From assembly GCA_046153685.1 (NCBI GenBank), contig JBJXGH010000096.1, positions 491 through 64,490 on the forward strand: a DNA stretch of 64,000 nucleotides, written 5' to 3'. A program made the translations under genes and the position numbers. Numbering within the stretch: position 1 is the first letter of the stretch; every line of letters starts with the position of its first letter. The stretch is from Alphaproteobacteria bacterium (lineage in GTDB: Bacteria > Pseudomonadota > Alphaproteobacteria > CADEGL01). The notes below the pieces were generated by a model that saw only the letters and a program-made list of their open reading frames with translations, had not been told where the DNA came from and did not search any database. Shown here piece after piece: positions 40,603-50,583 of the stretch.

Positions 40603-40699
40603 GCGGATTGTTCCATTCGACGATGGACGCACGCTAGGCGGGGTTGAGGGTGCGCGCAACGCCCCTTGCCAGCCTCAACGGTTTGGCTAGGATCGCACT

Positions 40700-40790
40700 C
40701 AAGCACTCGGGGGAGCCTTCGGGCTGAGAGGTTTCGCTTCGGCGGGACGACCCCAGGAACCTGAACCGGATCATGCCGGCGGAGGGAAGA
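40700..40790 (+). promoter_or_regulatory. TPP (thiamine pyrophosphate) riboswitch
   Basis: CACTCGGGGGAGCC..GGCTGAGAGG..GACCCC..GAACCTGAACCGGATCATGCCGGCGGAGGGAAG matches the THI-element consensus; sits directly 5' of the ABC operon start at 40799. Confidence 0.8.
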
Positions 40791-40798
40791 GTGGGTTC

Positions 40799-41539
40799 AT
40801 GCCGAAATCCGTAGCCGCTTTCGATGTCCGTCTGACGGATGCGCGTCTCGCATTCGCCGGAGCAAAGCTATTCGATGGCCTTGGCCTCACGCTTGAGGCC
40901 GGACTTTGGACGTGCCTGCTCGGCCCGAGCGGGGTGGGCAAAACGAGCCTTCTGCGCCTCCTCGCCGGCCTGCTTCGGAATATGGACGGCGTCATCGAAT
41001 GCGGCGATGGCGAGCCGCTTGCAGGCCGGCTCGCCTATATGGGCCAGCAGGACTTATTGCTGCCCTGGTTGTCGGCCGAGGCCAATGTGGGGCTCGGCGC
41101 GCGGCTGCGCGGCCAGGCACCCGACCGCGCACGCGCGCGCGCCATGCTCGCGCGCGTCGGGCTGGCCGGACGCGAGGCGGACCTGCCGCGCACGCTTTCG
41201 GGCGGCATGCGCCAGCGCGTGGCGCTCGCGCGCACGCTCATGGAAGACAAACCCGTGGTGCTGATGGACGAACCGTTCTCGGCCCTCGACGCCATCACGC
41301 GCCACCGCATCCAGGATCTGGCCGCGGACGTGCTAGCCGGACGGACGGTTTTGCTCGTCACGCACGATCCGGCGGAAGCGCTGCGCCTGGGGCACCGCAT
41401 CCTCGTGATGTCGGGTGCGCCGGCGCGCCTCGAAGACACCGCCCCGCCGCCGGGCGTGCCGCCGCGCGATCCGGCCGCCCCGGACATGGGCGGACAGCTC
41501 GGCCTCCTGCTTGGCCGTTTGGCGGCGGCGGCATTCTGA
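40799..41539 (+). CDS. ABC transporter ATP-binding protein (NitT/TauT family; ThiZ-like)
   Basis: Walker A GPSGVGKTS, signature LSGGMRQRVALARTL, Walker B VLMDEPFSALD. Confidence 0.85.
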   Translation: MPKSVAAFDVRLTDARLAFAGAKLFDGLGLTLEAGLWTCLLGPSGVGKTSLLRLLAGLLRNMDGVIECGDGEPLAGRLAYMGQQDLLLPWLSAEANVGLGARLRGQAPDRARARAMLARVGLAGREADLPRTLSGGMRQRVALARTLMEDKPVVLMDEPFSALDAITRHRIQDLAADVLAGRTVLLVTHDPAEALRLGHRILVMSGAPARLEDTAPPPGVPPRDPAAPDMGGQLGLLLGRLAAAAF

Positions 41540-41544
41540 TCGCC

Positions 41545-42324
41545 ATGCGCCGCCGCCTCGAACGCATGTGCATCACCGCCCTAGGCCTCGTCTTGCTCTG
41601 GCAGATGGCCGTGTGGACCGCGGGCATGCCGGCTTTCATCCTGCCTGGGCCCGTTGCCGTCATGAATGCCTTCGTCGTCCATGCCGAGGTGCTGTGGGAC
41701 GACACACTGATCACACTCGCCGAGATCGCTCTCGGTCTCGCCCTTGGCTGCGCGCTCGGCATCGCCACGGCCCTGTTCATCTCATACGCGCGCCCGGCGA
41801 GGCGCTGGTTGCTGCCCGTGCTCGTCGCCAGCCAAGCCGTTCCGGTCTTCGCGCTCGCGCCGGTCCTGGTCCTATGGTTCGGCTACGGCATGGCATCGAA
41901 GGTGGTCATGGCGGCGCTGGTCATTTTTTTTCCGGTCACGGCCGCGTTCTTCGACGGGCTCCGGCGCACCGAGCCCGGCTGGCTCGATCTTGCCCGCACG
42001 ATGGGAGCGTCGCGCGAGGCGATCTTGCGCCATGTGCGCGTGCCGGCGGCCCTGCCGGCGCTGGGCTCGGGTCTGCGCATGGCGGCGGCCTTCGCACCCA
42101 TCGGGGCCATCATCGGCGAATGGGTCGGCTCGAGCGGCGGCCTCGGCTACCGGATGATTCAAGCAAATGCCCGCGTGCAGATCGATCTTCTGTTCGCCGC
42201 CCTACTCATCCTCGCCGTCTTCGGCGTCCTTCTCTATTACGCGGTCGATGCCGGGGTTCGGCGCGCGCTCCACTGGCAACCCGAAACCATCCCCACAGAC
42301 GACGAAAACGGCGCACCACCTTGA
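41545..42324 (+). CDS. ABC transporter permease (NitT/TauT family; ThiX-like)
   Basis: In-frame ATG 41545 (MRRRLERM..) within track ORF 40906..42324; 6 TM. Confidence 0.75.
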   Translation: MRRRLERMCITALGLVLLWQMAVWTAGMPAFILPGPVAVMNAFVVHAEVLWDDTLITLAEIALGLALGCALGIATALFISYARPARRWLLPVLVASQAVPVFALAPVLVLWFGYGMASKVVMAALVIFFPVTAAFFDGLRRTEPGWLDLARTMGASREAILRHVRVPAALPALGSGLRMAAAFAPIGAIIGEWVGSSGGLGYRMIQANARVQIDLLFAALLILAVFGVLLYYAVDAGVRRALHWQPETIPTDDENGAPP

Positions 42325-42406
42325 GCCTCCCACCGGCCAGCCGCCCACACCCGCAGAAACGCGAATTCGAACCCCCGAACGATTTCGAACGAAGGAGAAC
42401 CGCCGC

Positions 42407-43366
42407 ATGACCCGCCTTCTCGCACGCCTAGCCGCCCTCTTGTTATCGGCCGTCCTGCTGTCGGCCGCTTCGCCGGCCGCGCGGGCCGCCGACAAACTGA
42501 CCCTGCTTCTGGATTGGCACATCAACCCCGATCACGGTCCGCTCTTCGTCGCGCTCGAAAAGGGTTATTTCGCCGATGCCGGGCTCGAAGTCAGGATGAT
42601 CGAGCCGGCCGATCCGAACGACCCGCCCAAGATGGTCGCGGCGGGTAAAGCCGAACTCGCCGTTTCCTATCAGCCGCAACTGCACATCCAGGTGGCGGCG
42701 GGATTACCCATCGTACGGATCGCCACGCTCGTCGCCACGCCGCTCAACACGCTCATGGTCATGGCCGACGGCCCCATCAAGACCTTGGCGGATCTCAAGG
42801 GCCGCAAGATCGGCTATTCGGTCAGCAGCACCGAACATGCCGTTCTCGGCACCATGCTGAAGAAGCACAAACTGACCCTCAAGGACGTGACCCTGGTCAA
42901 CGTCAATATGGGCCTCACCGCGGCGCTCGCCTCGGGGCAAGTCGATGCCATCATCGGCGGTTACCGGAATTTCGAGATGACGCAGATGGAGCTTCTCGGC
43001 AAAAAGGCCCGCGCGTTCTACGTGGAGGAGGAAGGCGTGCCCGCCTTCGACGAACTCATCCTCGTCACCAACCGCAATCTGGTGAACGACAAACGCCTGC
43101 GCCGCTTCGTGGACGCGCTCGAATTTGGCGTCCAGTTCATGGTCAATCGCCCCGACGAAGCCTGGCAGCTCTTCATCAAGGGCCGCAAATCGCTCGACAC
43201 CGAACTCAACCGCCGCGCCTGGCGCGACACGCTGGCGCGCTTCTCCCTCACCCCCGCCGCGCTCGACCGCGCGCGCTACGAGCGCTTCGCGGCCTTCCTC
43301 AAGGAGAACAACCTTGTGAAAACCCTGCCGCCGCTAAAGGATTACGCCGTCGAACTCGCCTGGTGA
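42407..43366 (+). CDS. ABC transporter substrate-binding protein, NMT1/THI5-like (ThiY-like)
   Basis: ATG 42407 with signal peptide MTRLLARLAALLLSAVLLSAASPAARA; NMT1/THI5 domain. Confidence 0.8.
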   Translation: MTRLLARLAALLLSAVLLSAASPAARAADKLTLLLDWHINPDHGPLFVALEKGYFADAGLEVRMIEPADPNDPPKMVAAGKAELAVSYQPQLHIQVAAGLPIVRIATLVATPLNTLMVMADGPIKTLADLKGRKIGYSVSSTEHAVLGTMLKKHKLTLKDVTLVNVNMGLTAALASGQVDAIIGGYRNFEMTQMELLGKKARAFYVEEEGVPAFDELILVTNRNLVNDKRLRRFVDALEFGVQFMVNRPDEAWQLFIKGRKSLDTELNRRAWRDTLARFSLTPAALDRARYERFAAFLKENNLVKTLPPLKDYAVELAW

Positions 43367-43449
43367 TGGTACGCGCATCGGGCGCGCATCGAACACGCGG
43401 CAGCGAGCGCTTGGAGACGCGCCCGGCCCGGTGTAGGTGTCATTCTTTA

Positions 43450-43530
43450 GAGGTGCCATCGGATCGGGCTTTTGAGACGCCACCGGACCGGGCTGGCCTT
43501 CGAGGCGCCACTCGACGAGGTTAGTCGTCG
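43450..43530 (+). repeat. three imperfect tandem direct repeats (~26-28 nt unit)
   Basis: gaggtgccatcggatcgggct.. / gagacgccaccggaccgggct.. / gaggcgccactcgacgagg.. in the thiY-SDR intergenic region. Confidence 0.6.
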
Positions 43531-43555
43531 GGTGGCCACTGGGGGATGAGATGAG

Positions 43556-44308
43556 ATGAACCAATACGATTTATCCGACCGCACCGCCGTCGTCACCGGC
43601 GGCGCGCGCGGCATTGGCCTTGGTATCGCCGAGCGTTTCCTGCGCTCGGGCGCCAAGGTCAGCCTTTGGGACACCAATGCAAAGGGTTTGGCCGAGGCCA
43701 CGAGCCGCCTGGCCAATGCGGGCGCGGTGCACACCCAAGTCGTCGATGTGACCGATTCGAAAATGGTCAACGACGCGGTGGCGGAACTCGAACGCTTATG
43801 GGGGCGCATCGACATCCTTTGCAACAACGCCGGTATTCTGGGGCCGCGCAAGGCCGGGCTCGAACATAGCGACCGGGAATGGCACGATTGCGTCGGCGTC
43901 GTGTTGACCGGGACCTATTTTTGCACACGCGCGGTGATGACCGGCATGGTCGTGCGGGGCTATGGCCGCATCGTCAATATTGCGTCGATTTCCGGCAAGG
44001 AAGGCTCGCCCATGATGCCTGCCTACAGCGCGGCCAAAGCGGGGGTTATCGGACTCACCAAATCGCTGGGGCGCGAGTACGGCACCTCGGGCGTACTGGT
44101 GAATTGCGTGACACCGGCAACGATCGAAACCGACATGGTCAAGGACCTGGGCGAGGAGTACAAAGCCTTCGTGCTCGCCCGCGTGCCGATGAAGCGTTAC
44201 GGGCGAATCGAGGAAATCGCCGCGCTCGTAACTTTTCTCGCCTCAGAGGAAAACTCGTTCGAAACCGGCGGCGTGTTTGACATTTCCGGCGGTCGCTCGG
44301 CCTATTGA
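43556..44308 (+). CDS. SDR family oxidoreductase (3-oxoacyl-ACP reductase-like)
   Basis: 250 aa; VTGGARGIGLGIA, NNAG, YSAAK. Confidence 0.85.
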   Translation: MNQYDLSDRTAVVTGGARGIGLGIAERFLRSGAKVSLWDTNAKGLAEATSRLANAGAVHTQVVDVTDSKMVNDAVAELERLWGRIDILCNNAGILGPRKAGLEHSDREWHDCVGVVLTGTYFCTRAVMTGMVVRGYGRIVNIASISGKEGSPMMPAYSAAKAGVIGLTKSLGREYGTSGVLVNCVTPATIETDMVKDLGEEYKAFVLARVPMKRYGRIEEIAALVTFLASEENSFETGGVFDISGGRSAY

Positions 44309-44364
44309 GCGCGCCCACGGCGTGCACCATCGAGTTTCCCCCTTTATCGCGCAGGCTCCCATCT

Positions 44365-45006
44365 ATGGCCAAGACCGAGATCGAAGCCCTTATCGCCAAG
44401 GCCAGGGGGCCGCTTGCGCTCGACGAGGCGACGATCGCGCTACTGTCGGACTCGGCAAATCTCGAAGCCATCGAACAGTTGGAAGGCGCCCTCCATGGTT
44501 TCAAGCAACTGATCGGCCGGCAATTCATCGATCGGCTGCGTCGCGAGCTTGCCGAAGCCGCCGCGCGGCAAGGCGGCAATTGGCAACTGGTCGAGACCTC
44601 TCGGGTCGAGACCTATATCGGCCTCAAGCCAGCGGGCGAAATGCAACTTTTTGCCGAGGATTTTTGGCTCGTTTTCGCCTACTCCACCTCGCCCGGCCTG
44701 CCCTTCGCCGCGCCGTGGCTTGGATTGTTCACCACTCCGCGTGCTCAAGCCGCGATCAAGCGCGAATTGTACGACCGGACGCGCGCTGCATTCCGCAACC
44801 CCAAGCGCGACAGCCCCGCCGATTGGTGGGTGCAGTGGGATTGGGTTCCCGATTGGCCGGATACGACGCGCCCGCGCAATCTGGCGCTTTTGGTCGGCGA
44901 GTCCCAAGCGCGCCTCGCGGTGGCGGTCGCAAATTGGCTGGAGACCCAGGCGCCCATCGTTGCCGACATTCTACGCCGCGAAAGTGGCGTCGGCTGGAAC
45001 GGCTGA
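44365..45006 (+). CDS. hypothetical protein (Trp-rich C-terminal half; no recognised domain)
   Basis: 213 aa from in-frame ATG 44365; WWVQWDWVPDWPD segment. Confidence 0.45.
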   Translation: MAKTEIEALIAKARGPLALDEATIALLSDSANLEAIEQLEGALHGFKQLIGRQFIDRLRRELAEAAARQGGNWQLVETSRVETYIGLKPAGEMQLFAEDFWLVFAYSTSPGLPFAAPWLGLFTTPRAQAAIKRELYDRTRAAFRNPKRDSPADWWVQWDWVPDWPDTTRPRNLALLVGESQARLAVAVANWLETQAPIVADILRRESGVGWNG

Positions 45007-45115
45007 AGAAGGTACGGCCCTCGCGCCCGGATATCGCGCCATTCAAGTTGAAGATCGCGCGGTGCCGAACTAACTTGCATCATCCACGAACGCAGACCGC
45101 TAGGGGGAATACGCC

Positions 45116-45718
45116 ATGGACATGACCGGCGAGTTCAGGCTCGACGCGCCGCCGGAAGTCGTGTGGCGCGCGCTCAACGACCCCGAAGTCCTCAAGCAGT
45201 GCATTCCCGGCTGTGAAACCTTGACCAAGAACTCGGATACCGAGTTCGTGGCGGAGGTGCGCGCCAAGGTCGGGCCGGTATCGGCCAGATTTACCGGCAA
45301 GGTCAGCCTGACCGATCTTGATCCGCCGAACGGCTATAGGATCTCGGGCGAGGGCCAGGGCGGCGTCGCCGGTTTTGCCAAAGGCGGAGCTGAGGTCAAA
45401 TTGGTGCCCGACGGCGCTGGCACTCTGTTGTCATACAGCGCCAACGGTCAGGTTGGCGGCAAGCTCGCCCAGATTGGCTCGCGCCTAATCGACGCAACCG
45501 CGCGCAAGATGGCCGACGATTTTTTCACCCGCTTCGCCGATGCGGTCAAAGGCGCGGCGACCGGCGCCACCGACGGCGCGGGCAAGGCCGAATCCGGAAC
45601 GCCAGCACCCGATCAACCCCTGGCCGCAGCCGCCAAGCGCAAGGGGCTTTCGCCGCTGGTTTGGATTGCGGCGGTCATCGCCGGGATCGTCATCATTTTG
45701 GCCGCATTCGGGCGCTAA
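45116..45718 (+). CDS. coxG: carbon monoxide dehydrogenase subunit G-like (SRPBCC family)
   Basis: 200 aa; N-terminal CoxG/SRPBCC fold pattern plus C-terminal TM anchor. Confidence 0.75.
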   Translation: MDMTGEFRLDAPPEVVWRALNDPEVLKQCIPGCETLTKNSDTEFVAEVRAKVGPVSARFTGKVSLTDLDPPNGYRISGEGQGGVAGFAKGGAEVKLVPDGAGTLLSYSANGQVGGKLAQIGSRLIDATARKMADDFFTRFADAVKGAATGATDGAGKAESGTPAPDQPLAAAAKRKGLSPLVWIAAVIAGIVIILAAFGR

Positions 45719-45876
45719 CTTCGGGTCGCGCCTAAATTCCCCCCGGCGCTCCCCGCATCCGGTCTTGACCGGGCGTGGACCGCCGGGGAGACTGGTGCCA
45801 AGATCGCCAAGGGGCGGCAAAGTGCGGGATTTTCGCGGGTCCGGGCAGGGCGCGCGTGTCAATGAGGGAGGAATTC

Positions 45877-46344
<468 letters not shown>

Positions 46345-46348
46345 CGCC

Positions 46349-48727
46349 ATGGCAGTATCCGGCATCGGAGCATCTGTCCGCCGAGTTGAGGATTTCCGCT
46401 TCCTGACCGGCCGTGGAAACTACACGGATGATATCAACCGGCCAAATCAGCTCCACGCACATATCCTCCGCTCGCCCCACGCCCATGCGAAGATCAAGAA
46501 GATCGACGCGTCCAAGGCGTTGAAGGCCCCGGGCGTCGTCGCCGTCTTCACGGGCGCCGATATCGAGAAGGATCAAATCGGCGGCCTGCCCTGCGGTTGG
46601 CTCGTCACCGACCGTAACGGCCAGCCCATGGTCGAGCCGCCTCACCCCATCTTGGTGGCCGAACGCGCGCGCCATGTCGGCGATCAAGTCGCGGTCGTCA
46701 TCGCCGAGACCCGCGCCCAGGCGCGCGACGCGGCGGAATTGGTCAAGATCGATTACGACGAACAGGGCGCAGCCATAGGCCTTGCTGACGCGACGAAGAA
46801 AGGCGCGCCCCTCGTGTGGGACCAGGCGCCCGGCAATATTTGCTACGATTGGGCGCTCGGCGACTCCGCCGTAGTGGACTCCGCCTTCAAGACGGCCGCC
46901 AAGGTCGCCAAGGTCGATATCGTCAACAACCGCCTCATTCCCAACGCGATGGAACCCCGCGCCGCGATCGGCGATTACGACCTCTCGAAAGGCAATTACA
47001 ATCTCTACACCACGAGCCAAAATCCGCACGTCATCCGCCTGTTGATGTCGGCCTATGTACTCAAGGTTTCCGAGCACAAGGTGCGTGTGTATTCGCCCGA
47101 TGTCGGCGGCGGGTTCGGCTCCAAGATCTACCACTATGCCGAGGAAGCCATCGTCTGCTGGGCCTCGCGGAAGCTGGGCCGGCCGGTCAAATGGACCGCC
47201 GATCGCAGCGAATCCTTCATGTCGGACGCTCACGGCCGCGATCATCTGACCAAGGCCGAAATCGCCCTCGACGCGGGCGGAAAGTTCCTGGCGATGCGCG
47301 TCGTGACGGTCGCGAACATGGGTGCCTATCTTTCGACCTTCGCGCCGTGTATTCCGACCTATCTTTACGCTCTCTTGCTGGCCGGCACCTACACCACGCC
47401 CGCGATCTTCTGCGAGGTAAAGGCGGTATTCACCCATACCGTGCCTGTCGATGCCTATCGCGGCGCGGGTAGGCCGGAAGCGACCTATGTCGTCGAACGC
47501 CTGGTGGACGAAGCCGCGCGCGTGACGGGACTGGATGTCGCGGAGATCCGGCGGCGTAATTTCATCCCGCGCGATGCCTTCCCCTACCAGACTCCGGTTG
47601 TCGTGCAGTACGATTCAGGCGACTACCAATCGACGCTCGAAATCGCGCTAAAGACGGCCGATTATTCGGGTTTCGCCGCGCGGCGCGGCGAATCGGCCAA
47701 ACGCGGCAAGCTCCGCGGCCTAGGGCTTTCGACCTATATCGAGGCCTGCGGCATCGCGCCCTCGGCGGTCGTGGGCTCGGTCGGCGCGCGAGCGGGGCTT
47801 TACGAATCGGGCCTTGTGCGCGTGCATCCGACCGGTTCGGTCACGATCCTCACCGGCTCGCACAGCCATGGCCAAGGTCACGAGACGACCTTTGCTCAGC
47901 TGGCCGCCGAACGTCTGGGCGTCGATTTCGACAAGGTCGAGGTGGTCCACGGCGACACGGACAAGATTCCGTTCGGCATGGGCACTTACGGTTCGCGCTC
48001 GCTCGCGGTCGGCGGCTCGGCGCTCGTGAAGGCCATGGACAAGATCATCGCCAAGGGCAAGAAGATCGCCGCCCATCTGCTCGAAGCGGCCGAGGCCGAT
48101 ATCGAGTTCAAGGACGGCACCTTCTCGATCGCCGGCACCGACAAGAAAAAAACCCTCGCCGAGATTTCGGGCGCGGCCTACGTGCCGCACAACTACCCGA
48201 TCGACACGCTCGAGCCGGGCCTCGAGGAGCAGGCGTTCTACGATCCGACGAATTTCACCTTCCCAGGCGGCTGTCACGTGGCCGAGGTTGAGATCGATCG
48301 CGACACGGGCGTCGTGCAATTGGTGAGCTTTGTCGCCGTCGACGACGTGGGTCGGGTCATCAATCCCATGATCGTCGAGGGTCAGGTACACGGCGGGGTC
48401 GCGCAGGGCATGGGTCAGGCGCTGCTCGAGGGCTGCGTGTACGATCAGAAGACCGGCCAACTCGTCACCGGCTCATACATGGACTACACGATGCCGCGCG
48501 CGAGCGATCTGCCGACCCTCAAGGTCAGCACCCATAATACCCTGTGCACGCACAATCCGCTGGGCGTGAAGGGTGTCGGCGAGGTCGGCGCCATCGGCTC
48601 TCCGGCCGCCATCATGAATGCCGTTCATAACGCCGTGGCGCCTTTCGGTGTCACGCATGTCGAAATGCCCGCCACGCCCGAGCGCGTTTGGCGGGCGCTG
48701 CAAAGCGCGCCCAAGGCGGCGGAATAG
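46349..48727 (+). CDS. coxL: Mo-hydroxylase large subunit, form II CoxL-like (xanthine dehydrogenase family)
   Basis: 792 aa; active-site loop AYRGAGR (form II, not the VAYRCSFR of bona fide CO dehydrogenase). Confidence 0.9.
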   Translation: MAVSGIGASVRRVEDFRFLTGRGNYTDDINRPNQLHAHILRSPHAHAKIKKIDASKALKAPGVVAVFTGADIEKDQIGGLPCGWLVTDRNGQPMVEPPHPILVAERARHVGDQVAVVIAETRAQARDAAELVKIDYDEQGAAIGLADATKKGAPLVWDQAPGNICYDWALGDSAVVDSAFKTAAKVAKVDIVNNRLIPNAMEPRAAIGDYDLSKGNYNLYTTSQNPHVIRLLMSAYVLKVSEHKVRVYSPDVGGGFGSKIYHYAEEAIVCWASRKLGRPVKWTADRSESFMSDAHGRDHLTKAEIALDAGGKFLAMRVVTVANMGAYLSTFAPCIPTYLYALLLAGTYTTPAIFCEVKAVFTHTVPVDAYRGAGRPEATYVVERLVDEAARVTGLDVAEIRRRNFIPRDAFPYQTPVVVQYDSGDYQSTLEIALKTADYSGFAARRGESAKRGKLRGLGLSTYIEACGIAPSAVVGSVGARAGLYESGLVRVHPTGSVTILTGSHSHGQGHETTFAQLAAERLGVDFDKVEVVHGDTDKIPFGMGTYGSRSLAVGGSALVKAMDKIIAKGKKIAAHLLEAAEADIEFKDGTFSIAGTDKKKTLAEISGAAYVPHNYPIDTLEPGLEEQAFYDPTNFTFPGGCHVAEVEIDRDTGVVQLVSFVAVDDVGRVINPMIVEGQVHGGVAQGMGQALLEGCVYDQKTGQLVTGSYMDYTMPRASDLPTLKVSTHNTLCTHNPLGVKGVGEVGAIGSPAAIMNAVHNAVAPFGVTHVEMPATPERVWRALQSAPKAAE

Positions 48728-48741
48728 GGAGGAGATCAAAC

Positions 48742-49539
48742 ATGTACGCCTTCAACTATCACCGCGCAAAGAGCGTGGACGAGGCGGTCAAGCTCCAAAA
48801 GGGCTCGTCCGAAGGCAGTTTTCTGGCGGGCGGGCACACGCTCATCCCGACCTTGAAGCAGCGCCTCGCGAAGCCGTCGGACGTCATCGACATCTCTGGG
48901 ATCATGGAACTTCAGGGCATATCCGTCGCCGGCGGAACGGTGACGATCGGTGCTGCGACTCGCCACGGCGACGTGGCGAACTCGCCCGATGTCAAAAAGG
49001 CGATTCCGGCGCTCGCCGAACTGGCCGGACACATTGGCGATCCACAGGTGCGCAACCGCGGCACCATCGGCGGCTCGCTCGCCAATAACGACCCCGCCGC
49101 TGACTATCCAGCCGCGGTGCTCGGTCTTGGCGGGACGGTGCACACCAACAAACGGGCGATCGAGGCCGACAAGTACTTCAAGGGCCTGTTCGAGACTGCG
49201 CTCGAACAGGGCGAGGTCATCACCAAGGTAACCTTTCCGGTCGCCGAGAAGGCGGCCTACATGAAGTTCCCCAACCCCGCCTCGCGCTATGCCCTCGTAG
49301 GCGTATTCGTCGCCAAAACCAAGGGCGGCGTTCGGGTCGCGGTCACGGGCGCGGGCCCTGGCGTGTTCCGCTCGGCGGACATGGAAAAGGCTCTCGGCGC
49401 CAAGTTCGAGGCCGATGCGGTCGCCAACATCAAGGTCTCGCCCAAAAACCTCAATAGCGACATTCACGCGAGCGCCGATTATCGCGCCCATCTCGTGACG
49501 GTCATGGCCAAGCGCGCGGTCGCGAAAGCCAATAGCTGA
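48742..49539 (+). CDS. coxM: FAD-binding medium subunit of Mo hydroxylase
   Basis: 265 aa from ATG 48742 after gggaggag RBS; FAD_binding_5 / CO_deh_flav_C pattern. Confidence 0.85.
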   Translation: MYAFNYHRAKSVDEAVKLQKGSSEGSFLAGGHTLIPTLKQRLAKPSDVIDISGIMELQGISVAGGTVTIGAATRHGDVANSPDVKKAIPALAELAGHIGDPQVRNRGTIGGSLANNDPAADYPAAVLGLGGTVHTNKRAIEADKYFKGLFETALEQGEVITKVTFPVAEKAAYMKFPNPASRYALVGVFVAKTKGGVRVAVTGAGPGVFRSADMEKALGAKFEADAVANIKVSPKNLNSDIHASADYRAHLVTVMAKRAVAKANS

Positions 49540-49566
49540 TCCCGCGCCCTCGACTGCGATGAGAGC

Positions 49567-49598
49567 GGCAGGGGACCTCCCCTGCCCTCTCTGTTTTT
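49567..49598 (+). terminator. Rho-independent terminator between coxM and coxD
   Basis: GGCAGGGGA-CCT-CCCCTGCC hairpin followed by CTCTCTGTTTTT. Confidence 0.7.
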
Positions 49599-49654
49599 GG
49601 GCCCCAGCGCTCCCTACATTTGTGTAACCACCCACCGCACCGGAACCGGACTCC

Positions 49655-50575
49655 ATGGTCGCAATCCCCGCCTCGGTCGATGCCACCCTTGCCCTGTTGG
49701 CAAAGGGCAATTACATCGCCGAACGCAGCTTGGCGACGGCGACATTTTTGTCGCTCAAGCTCGGCCGTCCCCTCTTTCTCGAGGGCGAGGCCGGAGTGGG
49801 CAAGACCGAGATCGCCAAGGTTCTCGCGGCCATGCTCGGCCGCAATCTCGTGCGCCTGCAATGCTACGAGGGCCTCGATATCGCCTCGGCCGTGTATGAG
49901 TGGAATTATTCGCGCCAGATGATCGAAATACGCCTCGCCGAAGCGAGTGGAAATCTCGACCGCGAGCAATTGGGCACGGATATCTTCGCCCGCCGATTTC
50001 TCATCGAGCGCCCGCTGCTTAAGGCGCTCGAACCCGATATCGCGGGTCCACCCGTATTGCTGATCGACGAGCTCGACCGGGCGGACGAGCCCTTCGAGGC
50101 TTATTTGCTCGAAGTTCTATCCGACTACCAGATCACCATCCCGGAGTTCGGCACGATAAAGGCCGAATCTCCGCCCATCGTGATCGTAACCTCCAACCGC
50201 ACGCGCGAAATCCACGACGCGCTGAAGCGCCGCTGCTTCTATCACTGGGTCGACTTTCCGGATGCCGCGCGCGAACTCGAAATTCTACGACTCAAGGTGC
50301 CGGGTGCGGATGCGCGACTGTCGCGCGAGGTCGTATTGTTCGTCCAGCGGCTGCGCAAGATGGACCTGTTCAAGCAGCCCGGAATCGCCGAGACCATCGA
50401 TTGGACCCAGGCCCTCACCCAGCTCGACGCCATCGCGCTCGATCCCGACACGATCAACGATACCGTCGGCGCCCTGCTGAAATACCAGGACGACATCGCC
50501 AAGATCCGGGGCAGCCAGGCCGCCCAGATCCTGGAACAGGTCAAGGCGGAAATCGCGGCAACGAGCCCCGCCTAG
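49655..50575 (+). CDS. coxD: MoxR-like AAA+ ATPase
   Basis: 306 aa; Walker A GEAGVGKT, Walker B LLIDELDRA. Confidence 0.85.
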   Translation: MVAIPASVDATLALLAKGNYIAERSLATATFLSLKLGRPLFLEGEAGVGKTEIAKVLAAMLGRNLVRLQCYEGLDIASAVYEWNYSRQMIEIRLAEASGNLDREQLGTDIFARRFLIERPLLKALEPDIAGPPVLLIDELDRADEPFEAYLLEVLSDYQITIPEFGTIKAESPPIVIVTSNRTREIHDALKRRCFYHWVDFPDAARELEILRLKVPGADARLSREVVLFVQRLRKMDLFKQPGIAETIDWTQALTQLDAIALDPDTINDTVGALLKYQDDIAKIRGSQAAQILEQVKAEIAATSPA

Positions 50576-50583
50576 GCCGCGCC

